From Candidatus Saccharimonadota bacterium (GTDB lineage: Bacteria; Patescibacteriota; Saccharimonadia; Saccharimonadales; UBA4665), in NCBI GenBank assembly GCA_029288425.1, contig JARIHD010000041.1, positions 6,535 to 70,534 of the forward strand: a DNA stretch of 64,000 bases, in the 5' to 3' direction. A program made the position numbers and the translations under genes. The stretch's first letter is position 1. Each line of letters opens with the position of its first letter. The notes under the pieces were generated by a model. That model did no database searches and was not told the origin of the DNA. It worked only from the letters and a program-made list of their open reading frames with translations. Shown here one piece after another: positions 9,568 through 19,109 of the stretch.

Positions 9568-10737
9568 CTATTCGCCGTGTTCTTCAATAGCTTCCAGCAG
9601 ACTGTTTTCAAGCTCACTCTTCTTTTTGAGCTTCGGAGCAATCGGCTTAACGGGAGCTTCTTTTTTATCAGTCTTTTCGTCCGCAGCAGTAGCCTCTTTT
9701 TCGGCCGCGATATCGAGCTCGTATCCGGTTAGCTTACTGGCCAAGCGAACATTCTGGCCACCCTTACCGATGGCGATACTCAATTGATCTTCTGGAACAA
9801 GTACCTTGGCCTTTTTAGTGTCGGAATCGAGTTCGACCCGGACGACCTTGGTAGGACTGAGCGCGTTCGTGATATACGCAACAGGGTTTTCGTCCCACAC
9901 GATGATGTCGATTTTTTCCTGTTCACCGATTTCGCTCATGACCGCATTAACGCGGGTGCCGTGGCCACCGACGAATGTACCGACGGGATCTACGCCAGGA
10001 ACGGTGCTATGTACGGCCAGTTTGGTGCGGACCCCGGCTTCGCGGGCGATGCCCTTGATTTCGACGGCACCGCTGTCCATTTCGGGCACTTCCGCCCGGA
10101 ACAGCCACTCGATAAACTGCGTACTGCCGCGGGAAACGACCAGTTGCGGACCGCGGGGGCCGCGCTCAACATCTTTCAGGAACACTTTTAGGCGTTGCCC
10201 GGGATAGTAACGCTCCCCCTGAATTTGTTCGCTGCGAGGCATGATACCCTGGGCTTTGCCAAGTTCCATACGCACAATATTGCCTTCGACACGGCCGACC
10301 AAAGCGTTGATAACAGTACCGATTTTGTCCTGGAATTCGTTCATCACGATCTCACGCTCGGCTTCACGGAGACGCTGCAAAATAACCTGCTTAGCAGTTT
10401 GAGCCGCAACACGGCCGAAGTTATTAACAGTGTCGTGCGTTTCGACCATATCTCCCAAAACGACATCCTTTTTCATGGCCTGGGCATCGGTCAAGCTGAT
10501 CTCATAAGCCGGATTTTCAACCACCTCGACCACTTCTTTGGCGACATAGGCGTCAACCTCGCCGGTATTGAGGTTCATTGTTACGCGGACTTCTTGCTCG
10601 CGTTCACCGTAATCGCGGCGGTAAGCGGCAGCCAATGCCTGCTCAACAACCTCTTGAACTGTCTCTTCCGGTAAGTTTTTTTCTTCGGCGATGGCGCGGA
10701 TGGCCAGTGCCAATTGTTTCATGTCTAAATCTTGCAT
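9568..10737 (-). CDS. nusA: transcription termination/antitermination factor NusA
   Basis: NusA N-terminal domain, S1 domain and KH domains (GKGGQNVRLASKLTG). AAAGGA SD sits 8 nt upstream of the start. Confidence 0.93.
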   Translation of the reverse strand: MQDLDMKQLALAIRAIAEEKNLPEETVQEVVEQALAAAYRRDYGEREQEVRVTMNLNTGEVDAYVAKEVVEVVENPAYEISLTDAQAMKKDVVLGDMVETHDTVNNFGRVAAQTAKQVILQRLREAEREIVMNEFQDKIGTVINALVGRVEGNIVRMELGKAQGIMPRSEQIQGERYYPGQRLKVFLKDVERGPRGPQLVVSRGSTQFIEWLFRAEVPEMDSGAVEIKGIAREAGVRTKLAVHSTVPGVDPVGTFVGGHGTRVNAVMSEIGEQEKIDIIVWDENPVAYITNALSPTKVVRVELDSDTKKAKVLVPEDQLSIAIGKGGQNVRLASKLTGYELDIAAEKEATAADEKTDKKEAPVKPIAPKLKKKSELENSLLEAIEEHGE

Positions 10738-10784
10738 GATTTTGGTCCTTTCTTGTTATATCTCTATTTCAAGGTTCTGATACG

Positions 10785-10810
10785 AAAAAAGCCGACCGCT
10801 GCGGCCGACC
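10785..10810 (-). terminator. probable intrinsic terminator after the 792-aa ORF
   Basis: Minus-strand RNA GUCGGCC-GCAGC-GGUCGGC (7 bp including two G-U pairs) followed by UUUUUU. Confidence 0.45.
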
Positions 10811-10846
10811 TGAACGCTTTTAATGTATCACATGAACCCAAGAACG

Positions 10847-13225
10847 TCAATGCCGAACGGCCGCGTCATAGATGATCTGCGTGTTACTTATTAGATAGCC
10901 AAGCATGGTTTCATAGCCGGTATAGCCCCAAGTACGGCGCTCTTCGTGAGTAGCTTTCTGTATATTGATTAGAAATTCTCTGTGGGTCGCTATAGCCGCA
11001 AGGTCTGCATTCCCCTCGCCCGCCTCACGCATTAGGAGCAATGTTCGCAAAATAGGGTACGCCTTATCGCCCTGCAGCTTTTTAAATAACCCCTCAAAGT
11101 CTTGCGCTTTGAATTGATCGCGCAGTTGACTCTCAAACTGCTCGGCTTGAGATTTCATTGCCAGCATTCCAGCCTTTTGTTTCACTTCGGCGGTGACTAC
11201 CGGCTGCTCCATGACCTCTAGCACCTGGTGCCGAATATTTACTGGTGTGTGGCGATTGTAATAAGGCTCTCCCGCGGGCTTTGTGCGAAAATGGCTGGCA
11301 ATGACCCTCATCATTTGATTTGGGTATGGTGTGGCGTCGTAGAGTACCATCCGTCCCTCATTTTCGTATATCGATTGCCTGTGCGGCATGCTTGTCACTA
11401 CTCCGCTCAAGCCTTCGATTGGGTACCCGCTTATAGTTCTGACGACTTGTCTGCCAAATGCCAGGTTGGCGGATAGTTTAAAGGACGTGTTTGAGCCATC
11501 GCACTGCACGAGTAATTTTCCGCTGCTCCTGTCAATAAATTGAGCAAGGTCTTGTAAGTGCTGAATGTCCGTGGCTTGTTCTTTATCTTTGCCAAACACG
11601 TATTTGCCATGTTTTATGATAAGCAGTTCCAGATCGTCGAGCGTCGGGCTGGGGCTTCGCCCCATCTCTTCCGCCAGTTTGTTTAAACCAAGGGCGGCGT
11701 ATGTCGATGCCAACCGGGCGGCTCCTTCTACGGGCAGGGCAATACGCTGCTTGACGGCAGGGTCTCCTAATGGCTCCCGTACGAAGGCATAGGCGCGGGA
11801 ATGTTCATCATAACCCTTTAAAACAAAGCCGGCCACAAAGGGCTCTGCATCCGTAAACACCTCGGATTCGGATGCAGTCGTGAATACTATATCCGCACTT
11901 GACGGATCGAATGGTTCGAATTCCTCGCGGCGAGGACGCGATTCAATCACCCTGCGCTGACGGTCTGCGGCATGAGGGGCATACCATACGTGACCAATAA
12001 CTTTGCGTTCCCGTTCCCTCATTTCCTGACGGCTGGTAATAGATACTTTTTCGGCAAGTGAGGAGTGTCTTAGGCGCGGTTCTACTTCTATCTCCTCTTC
12101 CTGTACGGGAGCGATAGTCTGTCGCAAGTGCACCGTCACCCGGTTATCCCTCAGCTCATCAACCCCTAAGACGCGAGTCACCATTCGCGGATCATGGGAC
12201 GCCGCACGGGCGCAGGACTCAAGCCAGGCATTATAATCATTACTATCTACACCGGGTCTGAATGCTCCGGATATTACGTGACTCAGAAAGACTTCTTCCA
12301 TCTCTCGGCCAGGCTTAGTAGTACCCCCATATCCCATCATGGTTGCCAAATTGAGTATCTGAAGCGGAGATTGATGAACCATATTTTTCCCCGCGTAGTC
12401 CATTTGCTCGAAGGTTGCCATCAGTTTTCCGTCTTTATACCCGACATGATGAAGCGTAATATCACCACTTCCCTTGAAACGACCTTGTAGGTCCTCGGGT
12501 GCATGCTTGGCGATCTCTTTTCGCAGAATGTCGAAGGGCGACTCGTACGCGGCTTTTGTGGGATCGCTTGTAATATGCAGGACCTTCTTTTCATTGTTTA
12601 CGGCCTTAAAAGCCGCTCCATCAAGCCGGAACGATGCGCTGGACGGAAGCTGAAATTTTTGTCGCGCCCTGCCTTCAATCTGCGCTTCGCGGACACGGTA
12701 AGCCTCGTCGGAAAGTGGTCTATCTTGTAGCTGGCGCGGGTCGCTTACCGCATAGCTCTGGATTTCGCGGTATTTCTCGGAATCCTTGATAACCGCCTCA
12801 ATGTACGGGGCGAGCCTGTTGGCATGGGCCTCACGCTGTTTTGCCCGCTTCTGCGAAAGTACCTCTATACGCTTGTTATCGAACGCCTTATAGCCGGCAG
12901 TATATGAAACCGGCGCAAGCACAGCATCGTCAGGGTATATCGACAACCCCGCCGATTGCACCCAGCCCTCCGGCAAAGGGCCGCCAAATTCGCCAAAAAA
13001 CTGCCAATGCAAAGTTCCGGCGACGACCTTTACAATTTCACGATCTTCGGCAATGGGCGTCGCCTGAAGCGCATCGCTCACTATAGAAGCGAATTCTTGC
13101 TGTTGCGCGGGCAGATCATAACAAGCCTGAAGCGCATCGTGGTAGTCCTGAAGAGCGGACCGGGGGGCGTCATACGCTTCCGGACCAGATAATTGATTTT
13201 GAGCTGGTAGCAATTCACCGGTCAT
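10847..13225 (-). CDS. large hypothetical protein (792 aa) with candidate transglutaminase-like Cys-His-Asp core
   Basis: No signal peptide or TM. Residues 572-632 (LVQCDGSNTSFKLSANLAFGRQVVRTISGY...MPHRQSIYENEGRMVLYDATP) follow the C...RxxSGY...H...D pattern of the transglutaminase-core fold. Confidence 0.75.
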   Translation of the reverse strand: MTGELLPAQNQLSGPEAYDAPRSALQDYHDALQACYDLPAQQQEFASIVSDALQATPIAEDREIVKVVAGTLHWQFFGEFGGPLPEGWVQSAGLSIYPDDAVLAPVSYTAGYKAFDNKRIEVLSQKRAKQREAHANRLAPYIEAVIKDSEKYREIQSYAVSDPRQLQDRPLSDEAYRVREAQIEGRARQKFQLPSSASFRLDGAAFKAVNNEKKVLHITSDPTKAAYESPFDILRKEIAKHAPEDLQGRFKGSGDITLHHVGYKDGKLMATFEQMDYAGKNMVHQSPLQILNLATMMGYGGTTKPGREMEEVFLSHVISGAFRPGVDSNDYNAWLESCARAASHDPRMVTRVLGVDELRDNRVTVHLRQTIAPVQEEEIEVEPRLRHSSLAEKVSITSRQEMRERERKVIGHVWYAPHAADRQRRVIESRPRREEFEPFDPSSADIVFTTASESEVFTDAEPFVAGFVLKGYDEHSRAYAFVREPLGDPAVKQRIALPVEGAARLASTYAALGLNKLAEEMGRSPSPTLDDLELLIIKHGKYVFGKDKEQATDIQHLQDLAQFIDRSSGKLLVQCDGSNTSFKLSANLAFGRQVVRTISGYPIEGLSGVVTSMPHRQSIYENEGRMVLYDATPYPNQMMRVIASHFRTKPAGEPYYNRHTPVNIRHQVLEVMEQPVVTAEVKQKAGMLAMKSQAEQFESQLRDQFKAQDFEGLFKKLQGDKAYPILRTLLLMREAGEGNADLAAIATHREFLINIQKATHEERRTWGYTGYETMLGYLISNTQIIYDAAVRH

Positions 13226-13300
13226 AAGCTATATATTATAACATCTTTATGAGCTACAATCAAGAGTCCCTCTCTCTGGCGCTCGTGGTAGAATGGGATA

Positions 13301-15880
13301 ATGAGCAAAAAAGTGAAGCGGCTCTTTGAGAGTTTTGAGCCAAAAAATTATACCATTCAACTGCATCCCGACCGCGATACCATGCGCTTAAGCGGCACGG
13401 TTGTTATTGAAGGCCAAAAGACTGGACGACCCAGCCAGCGACTAACGTTCCATCAAAAAGATCTGCAAATAACAGGGGCAGAAATTGTACGTCACGACAA
13501 AAAGTCGCCGGGCGTAATCACCCCCAGTCGCATCAGCCACCATCAAAGCTTTAACGAAGTGCGGCTGCATGCAGACGAAATGCTCTATCCCGGCAAATAC
13601 ACTATAACGATGCATTTTACCGGCAAAATCACCGACGGCATGCACGGTGTCTATCCCTGTTACTATGAGATCGACGGCAAAAAACAAGCACTCATCGCCA
13701 CCCAATTTGAAAGCCATCACGCCCGAGAGGCCTTTCCCTGTATCGATGAGCCGGCGGCCAAGGCCACCTTTGACCTGACGGTCATTTCGCCGAAAGGTGA
13801 AGCTATTTTAGGCAATACCCCTATCAAAACCCAGGCCGAAAAAGATGGCCGTTTGGTCACTACTTTTGACACTACGCCACGAATGTCGACCTATCTGCTG
13901 GCGTTCGCCTACGGTGATCTGCAGTCCAAAACTACCAAGACCACTGACGGCGTCGATGTAAGCGTGTGGGCCACCAAAGCGCATTCCCCGGAGTCGCTCG
14001 ATTTCAGTCTGGACGTTGCGAAACGCTGCATAGAATTCTTTAATGATTACTTCGGCGTCCCCTATCCGCTACCCAAAGCCGATCACATCGCTCTTCCTGA
14101 TTTTTCGAGCGGTGCCATGGAAAACTGGGGCCTCATAACGTACCGTGAAGTCTGCCTGGTGGCCGAACCGGCAACCACATCCCAAAGCAGCCGCGAACTT
14201 ATCGCCACCGTTATATGCCACGAAACGTCACATCAATGGTTTGGTAATCTGGTAACCATGCAGTGGTGGGACGACCTCTGGCTTAACGAAAGCTTTGCCA
14301 ATGTCATGGAATACGTTGCCACCGACGCACTATTCCCCGACTGGGAAATTTGGAACAGCTTTATCACCGTCGAAGGATTGTCAGCACTGCGCCGTGATTC
14401 AATAGCCGGGGTACAGGCGGTTAAAACCGAAGTACACCACCCGGACGAAATATCATCGCTTTTTGACCCGTCCATAGTGTACGCAAAAGGCGGTCGGCTG
14501 CTGCGCATGCTTATGCAATACATCGGCGAAGACGACTTCCGCCGCGGGCTCACTGCCTATTTCAAAAAACACGCTTATGGCAATACTACCGGCGATGACC
14601 TCTGGAATGCCATTGGTGCGGCCAGCGGTAAAGATGTTGCGGCCTTTATGAATCCATGGCTTTTGAAATCCGGCTTCCCGGTTATCAAGGTCAATCAAAA
14701 GGGTTCGAATCTGGAAATCGGCCAGCAGCACTTCTTACTTGACCCGGCCAAATCAGATACCGAACGCGTCTGGCCCGTGCCGCTTTTGAGCGACCGTACC
14801 GACCTCCCCGCCCTGCTTGACTCTCCGCAAACAAAGGCAACATTGCAGCATCCAGAATACGTCCGCATAAATCAAGGTGCGTCGGGCCACTATATCGTCC
14901 ACTACACTCAGGATGCCCACGTCGAGGCGATAGCCACGCTCATCGATCAAAAACAGCTTGGCTCGGCAGAGCGGCTCATGCTGCTGAGCGACAATTCCAT
15001 GCTGGCCCGCGCCGGTGAATTATCTTTTGCCAAAACACTGGCGCTTTTGGAACGCTTTGCCGACGAAGACCGCGAGCCTGTCTGGGACATTATGGCGCTT
15101 ATTATTGCCGACTGCCGCCGATTCATCGATGCACGACCTAACATCGAACCCGCTATCAAGGCACTCATCAAAAAACTCATCAGCAAGCAGTTTGCCCGTC
15201 TCGGCTGGGCGGAAAAGCCAGGCGAAGAGGTGCAGGACACCAAACTGCGCGCCACTATTACTAGCCTCGGCGTGTACGCCGAAGATGAGAATATCGTGAC
15301 TGAAGCGCTGGACCTCTTTGCGGCGTACAAAACCGATCCATCAGCCGTACCTGCCGAACTTCGCTCCATCATCATGAGCGCGGCAGTTCGACGTGATGCT
15401 CTGGATAGTTTCCAATATTTGATTGGCCTGGAAGAACAAACCAGTAACGTCGACCTTAAATATGATATTATCGGCGCCCTCACGACAACTAAAGTTCCAA
15501 AAAATATCCAAATACTCCTTGGCCGGCTGAAAGATGCCAATAAGGTGCGACCGCAGGATCTGATGCGCTGGCTGGCTTACTTGCTGCGCAACCGCTATTC
15601 GCGCGACGTCAGCTGGAAATGGCTACAGGATAACTGGGACTGGATCAAAGTCACATTTGCTGGCGACAAATCATATGACTATTTCCCCCGCTACGCGGCG
15701 AACGCCTTCAATACCGGCAAGCTACTCCAGGAATACCGTGCGTTTTTTGAACCTATGCAGGACGATCTGGCCCTTGCCCGCAATATTTCGATGGGCATCG
15801 AAGAAATCCAAAACCGCGTCAGCTGGTTAGAGCGTGACATCGACGCAGTCGAACAGCATCTAGCCAAATACATCAAATAG
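13301..15880 (+). CDS. pepN: M1-family aminopeptidase N
   Basis: GAMENWG exopeptidase motif, HETSHQWFGNLVTMQWWDDLWLNESFA (HExxH-18-E), ERAP1-like C-terminal domain. Confidence 0.93.
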   Translation: MSKKVKRLFESFEPKNYTIQLHPDRDTMRLSGTVVIEGQKTGRPSQRLTFHQKDLQITGAEIVRHDKKSPGVITPSRISHHQSFNEVRLHADEMLYPGKYTITMHFTGKITDGMHGVYPCYYEIDGKKQALIATQFESHHAREAFPCIDEPAAKATFDLTVISPKGEAILGNTPIKTQAEKDGRLVTTFDTTPRMSTYLLAFAYGDLQSKTTKTTDGVDVSVWATKAHSPESLDFSLDVAKRCIEFFNDYFGVPYPLPKADHIALPDFSSGAMENWGLITYREVCLVAEPATTSQSSRELIATVICHETSHQWFGNLVTMQWWDDLWLNESFANVMEYVATDALFPDWEIWNSFITVEGLSALRRDSIAGVQAVKTEVHHPDEISSLFDPSIVYAKGGRLLRMLMQYIGEDDFRRGLTAYFKKHAYGNTTGDDLWNAIGAASGKDVAAFMNPWLLKSGFPVIKVNQKGSNLEIGQQHFLLDPAKSDTERVWPVPLLSDRTDLPALLDSPQTKATLQHPEYVRINQGASGHYIVHYTQDAHVEAIATLIDQKQLGSAERLMLLSDNSMLARAGELSFAKTLALLERFADEDREPVWDIMALIIADCRRFIDARPNIEPAIKALIKKLISKQFARLGWAEKPGEEVQDTKLRATITSLGVYAEDENIVTEALDLFAAYKTDPSAVPAELRSIIMSAAVRRDALDSFQYLIGLEEQTSNVDLKYDIIGALTTTKVPKNIQILLGRLKDANKVRPQDLMRWLAYLLRNRYSRDVSWKWLQDNWDWIKVTFAGDKSYDYFPRYAANAFNTGKLLQEYRAFFEPMQDDLALARNISMGIEEIQNRVSWLERDIDAVEQHLAKYIK

Positions 15881-15886
15881 CGACGA

Positions 15887-16228
15887 TTACAGATCACGTA
15901 CTACCGCCGTCACCCGAAATGCAAGGCCGCTTACTTCGATAGCGCAAAGTTCATACATGCCAGGCCAAGTATGCCGCGCCATCCAGTGTGCTGCCGCAAA
16001 GTGCATCTGCTTGAGTTTTTTAGGTGTGATGTAATCAAGCCCGCTGCCCTGACGCGTGTGTGAGCGGTATTTTACTTCGCATAAATATATTGTTTCCTCA
16101 CGCATCGCTACTATGTCAATCTCACACCAGCGGTTACGCCAGTTCTGCGCCACGATGGTACAGCCTTTTAGTTCTAAAAAGGCGGCGGCCGCTGCCTCGG
16201 CACGCCTGCCCGTATCAAATGTCGTCAC
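15887..16228 (-). CDS. yraN: YraN-family (UPF0102) endonuclease-like protein
   Basis: 113 aa. AAAFLELKGCTIVAQNWR..CEIDIVA...CEVKYR pattern. Sits in the usual position downstream of rnhB. Confidence 0.8.
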   Translation of the reverse strand: MTTFDTGRRAEAAAAAFLELKGCTIVAQNWRNRWCEIDIVAMREETIYLCEVKYRSHTRQGSGLDYITPKKLKQMHFAAAHWMARHTWPGMYELCAIEVSGLAFRVTAVVRDL

Positions 16229-16231
16229 GCG

Positions 16232-16783
16232 CTAGACAATAGCACGGACTGGTGCAAAGGATCGACGGTGAAGTTCACAAATGCCAAATTCCAACAAAGC
16301 AGCCCGGTGTGCAGGCGTAGCATAACCGACATGAGAGTCGAATTTATAGTCTGGAAACTGTTCGGCCATTTGCGTCATATATGCATCACGTGCGACTTTA
16401 GCGATGATACTGGCGGCGCTTACTTCGGGAATAAGATCATCGGCCTTGACTAGCGTCCGACTGCAGTCATACTGGGGTAAATAATTATAATTCCCATCAA
16501 TGACAAGATCGTCATATTCAGCCGTTATCGCGGCAACGGCCCGTTCCATGGCCAGTTTGACGGCTTTGGTCATGCCCAGTGCGTCTATTTCGGCCGGACT
16601 CACCCAGCCTAGGCCAAATGCTATCGCACGCTCACGGATGCGCGCGTCAAACTTGACACGTTCAGCTTTAGTAAGCTTTTTGGAGTCCTTAAGGCCACGG
16701 ATAGGCTTACCCAAAATGACCGCCCCAGCAACTACCGGACCGGCCAAACAACCACGTCCAACTTCGTCTACCCCAAGAATCAT
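16232..16783 (-). CDS. rnhB: ribonuclease HII
   Basis: GVDEVGRGCLAGPVV catalytic motif and SIIAK motif. 183 aa. Confidence 0.92.
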   Translation of the reverse strand: MILGVDEVGRGCLAGPVVAGAVILGKPIRGLKDSKKLTKAERVKFDARIRERAIAFGLGWVSPAEIDALGMTKAVKLAMERAVAAITAEYDDLVIDGNYNYLPQYDCSRTLVKADDLIPEVSAASIIAKVARDAYMTQMAEQFPDYKFDSHVGYATPAHRAALLEFGICELHRRSFAPVRAIV

Positions 16784-16843
16784 ATTTATATGATAACACG
16801 GATCAATACTTGCCTAATTCTTTAATTGTTGTATATTACGGAC

Positions 16844-17593
16844 ATGTCAAAATTTCGGAACTTAACTGAGCTTGACTTGGCCAGCACACTTCATCCATTC
16901 GCGGCAGAAGTACGACGACAACAGATTGTCAATGAACCGAATCTCCTGAAAAGGCTCGGAGCGAAGCTTATTAACGCATCGGTGCAATCTTTCCCTGCTA
17001 CTATGGCACGGATTGCAGGTGTCCGTTTTACTCCGCGAAAATTTCTTATCGAAGGCAACGGCCTGCATATGGTCGTGTTGCGAGATGGTGATGATGTGAT
17101 AAAAATTGATACGGCGAGCATGCACCAGACAGAGGACGAGCGCCAGGCTAGCCTAAAGCGGCGCCAAACAGACCATGATCTTATGCGTACTTATTTGGGA
17201 GGTATGGTCATACCAGAAACAGCAGCGATCAGACCTCACCCACTGCTTCCAGACAGGGATGTCATTCAGGTTCGCCAATCATACACGCCGTTTATTGACC
17301 CGTATCTTTTTGAACAAAGTACGGCCACTCCTATCCAAGAAACATTTTTTGCATTCAGAAGTCTTCATCCAAAAGCCTGGGAAGGATTGGGCAATTTCTT
17401 GGACCGAAGCGAAAGCCTGTATCGTGAGACGCGGACGCTTCCGGACACCTCTCGCTGGGGAAATCTCGTTATCGGCAAAGATTCAGAGCTCCATATGATT
17501 GACGGCCAACCAATCCTTGCGGGCGATCCGACGCAGGGCATTATTCTGCAACAGTTCAGTCTGCTACGCAATCAATTAGATTTAGCAGCATAA
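16844..17593 (+). CDS. hypothetical protein, candidate protein-kinase-like fold
   Basis: ATG at 16844 (the track start at 16826 is TTG). Ordered motifs: GNGLHM, VIKID (K87), LPDTSRWGNLVI (D201/N207), LHMIDGQ (D220). Confidence 0.7.
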   Translation: MSKFRNLTELDLASTLHPFAAEVRRQQIVNEPNLLKRLGAKLINASVQSFPATMARIAGVRFTPRKFLIEGNGLHMVVLRDGDDVIKIDTASMHQTEDERQASLKRRQTDHDLMRTYLGGMVIPETAAIRPHPLLPDRDVIQVRQSYTPFIDPYLFEQSTATPIQETFFAFRSLHPKAWEGLGNFLDRSESLYRETRTLPDTSRWGNLVIGKDSELHMIDGQPILAGDPTQGIILQQFSLLRNQLDLAA

Positions 17594-17596
17594 TAG

Positions 17597-17645
17597 AACG
17601 TATATAAAAAGAGCCTCGTCACTCGAAGCTCTTTTTATATACGTT
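17597..17645. terminator. bidirectional intrinsic terminator (18-bp perfect arms)
   Basis: AACGTATATAAAAAGAGC-13 nt-GCTCTTTTTATATACGTT between the convergent 16844 gene and rplS. Confidence 0.8.
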
Positions 17646-17649
17646 TGTA

Positions 17650-18072
17650 CTATTCCTTGGTTTCGGCCGCAGATTCTTCAACCTTTGACTTGGCTTCGAC
17701 TACGGTATTGACTTTGTCGCGGTCAAAGACAACGCCAGTCAAGCGAGCGGCCTTGCCGGTGCGGCTACGCATGTAGGTCAGGTAGTTGCGGCGGACTTTG
17801 CTGCGCTTGGTAACTTCGACCTTTACAACCAATGGACTGTGGAGCAAGAAGCTTTTTTCAACACCGACACCGCTGGCGATACGGCGAACCGTAATGCGGC
17901 TGGTGTGGCTGCCTTTACGGTCGGTGCGGATCACAAGACCCTGGAACACCTGGACACGCTCTTTGTTGCCTTCTTTAATTTTCTGATGCACTTTTACAGT
18001 GTCGCCACTTTTTACATCGACGACTTCGTTCTTTTTGAACTTTTCTTCAATTTTTCGGATAACAGATTCCAT
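17650..18072 (-). CDS. rplS: 50S ribosomal protein L19
   Basis: FKKNEVVDVKSGDTVKVHQKIKEGNKERVQVFQGLVI is a typical L19 sequence. Carries a C-terminal acidic extension of about 25 aa. Confidence 0.95.
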   Translation of the reverse strand: MESVIRKIEEKFKKNEVVDVKSGDTVKVHQKIKEGNKERVQVFQGLVIRTDRKGSHTSRITVRRIASGVGVEKSFLLHSPLVVKVEVTKRSKVRRNYLTYMRSRTGKAARLTGVVFDRDKVNTVVEAKSKVEESAAETKE

Positions 18073-18142
18073 AACCTATAAACCTTACACTACTATTTGC
18101 TTTCGATCAAGTATATCACATCTGTTATCGGATGAAAAGACT

Positions 18143-19003
18143 TTAGGACATGAGCTGAATGTTTGTTTCGAGTGCAACCGCCCCGCCCGCCGACAGCTTC
18201 AGTAAATCATTTTTCATACCTTCCTTGCCGTCATCAGCATAGCCTAACGTCGGTTCAATACATATTGACTCGGTTCCTATGCGATGCCACAGCAGCATAC
18301 CAAGGGGTACATTTTGGTACCGATGCCGATCGCCCCGGCCTATTATTGCGCTCTCAATACTTAGACGCTTGCCATCGGGAAAGTCCACGACTGCGCTACC
18401 CTTAAAATCGGGCCAAAATTGCGCTTTGCCTTGCATAATTTCATCGAGACAAGTGGGTTCCTCCAGGGTTTCGATGCTCGTTCCAATGCGCAGACCTTTG
18501 GCATTACCGCCCGGCAACGAAAAATACAGATGCTCCCCCAAGCTCGTCTCCAGATCATCCGATGTGGTGTTATGCAGCTCCGTCGCAATAGTTAACCGCT
18601 TGCCGTCGAGCGCGACAACGCGGCGAAATGAAGGCAAGTCTTCTGGTGTACTCGCCAAAAGAAAGACACTCGCAGGCCATGCCTCCATGTTCTCGACCTC
18701 ATAATCAGCCCACCTTGGAATTCCGTGCTGGCCACCCAGGCCCATGGATCGCCCTACAGGACTCATGGCGTGGCTGGCATCCAATTTGGCCAACGATAAA
18801 TCGGGAGGAGTATACAGCACTTCAGTGGGCGGATCGATATCATTACGCAAAAAACATCCGGTTATATACGCACCTTGAAGGCGAATATCAAAGCCGGTCA
18901 TGTGTATTTTCCGCTCCAGATTTGTCGGATCATGATAGCGGAAACCCGGCTCCATCCGCTCCGCTACTGTCGATTTGAATGCTTCCATAGAAGGTATTGC
19001 CAT
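18143..19003 (-). CDS. aldose 1-epimerase / hexose-6-phosphate mutarotase family protein
   Basis: Motifs HGIPRW, GEHLYFSL and ICIEP. Start moved to ATG 19003 (GGAG SD upstream), since the track start would overlap the divergent malic enzyme gene. Confidence 0.6.
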   Translation of the reverse strand: MAIPSMEAFKSTVAERMEPGFRYHDPTNLERKIHMTGFDIRLQGAYITGCFLRNDIDPPTEVLYTPPDLSLAKLDASHAMSPVGRSMGLGGQHGIPRWADYEVENMEAWPASVFLLASTPEDLPSFRRVVALDGKRLTIATELHNTTSDDLETSLGEHLYFSLPGGNAKGLRIGTSIETLEEPTCLDEIMQGKAQFWPDFKGSAVVDFPDGKRLSIESAIIGRGDRHRYQNVPLGMLLWHRIGTESICIEPTLGYADDGKEGMKNDLLKLSAGGAVALETNIQLMS

Positions 19004-19109
19004 GAGCTTCTCCAGATTACTATGACTACTGTAGCATGGGATGATTACCGAGCAAAAGTTACACGCTGACCACGCGGAAATGCTACAATTATAAACCTTG
19101 GAGGATAGC

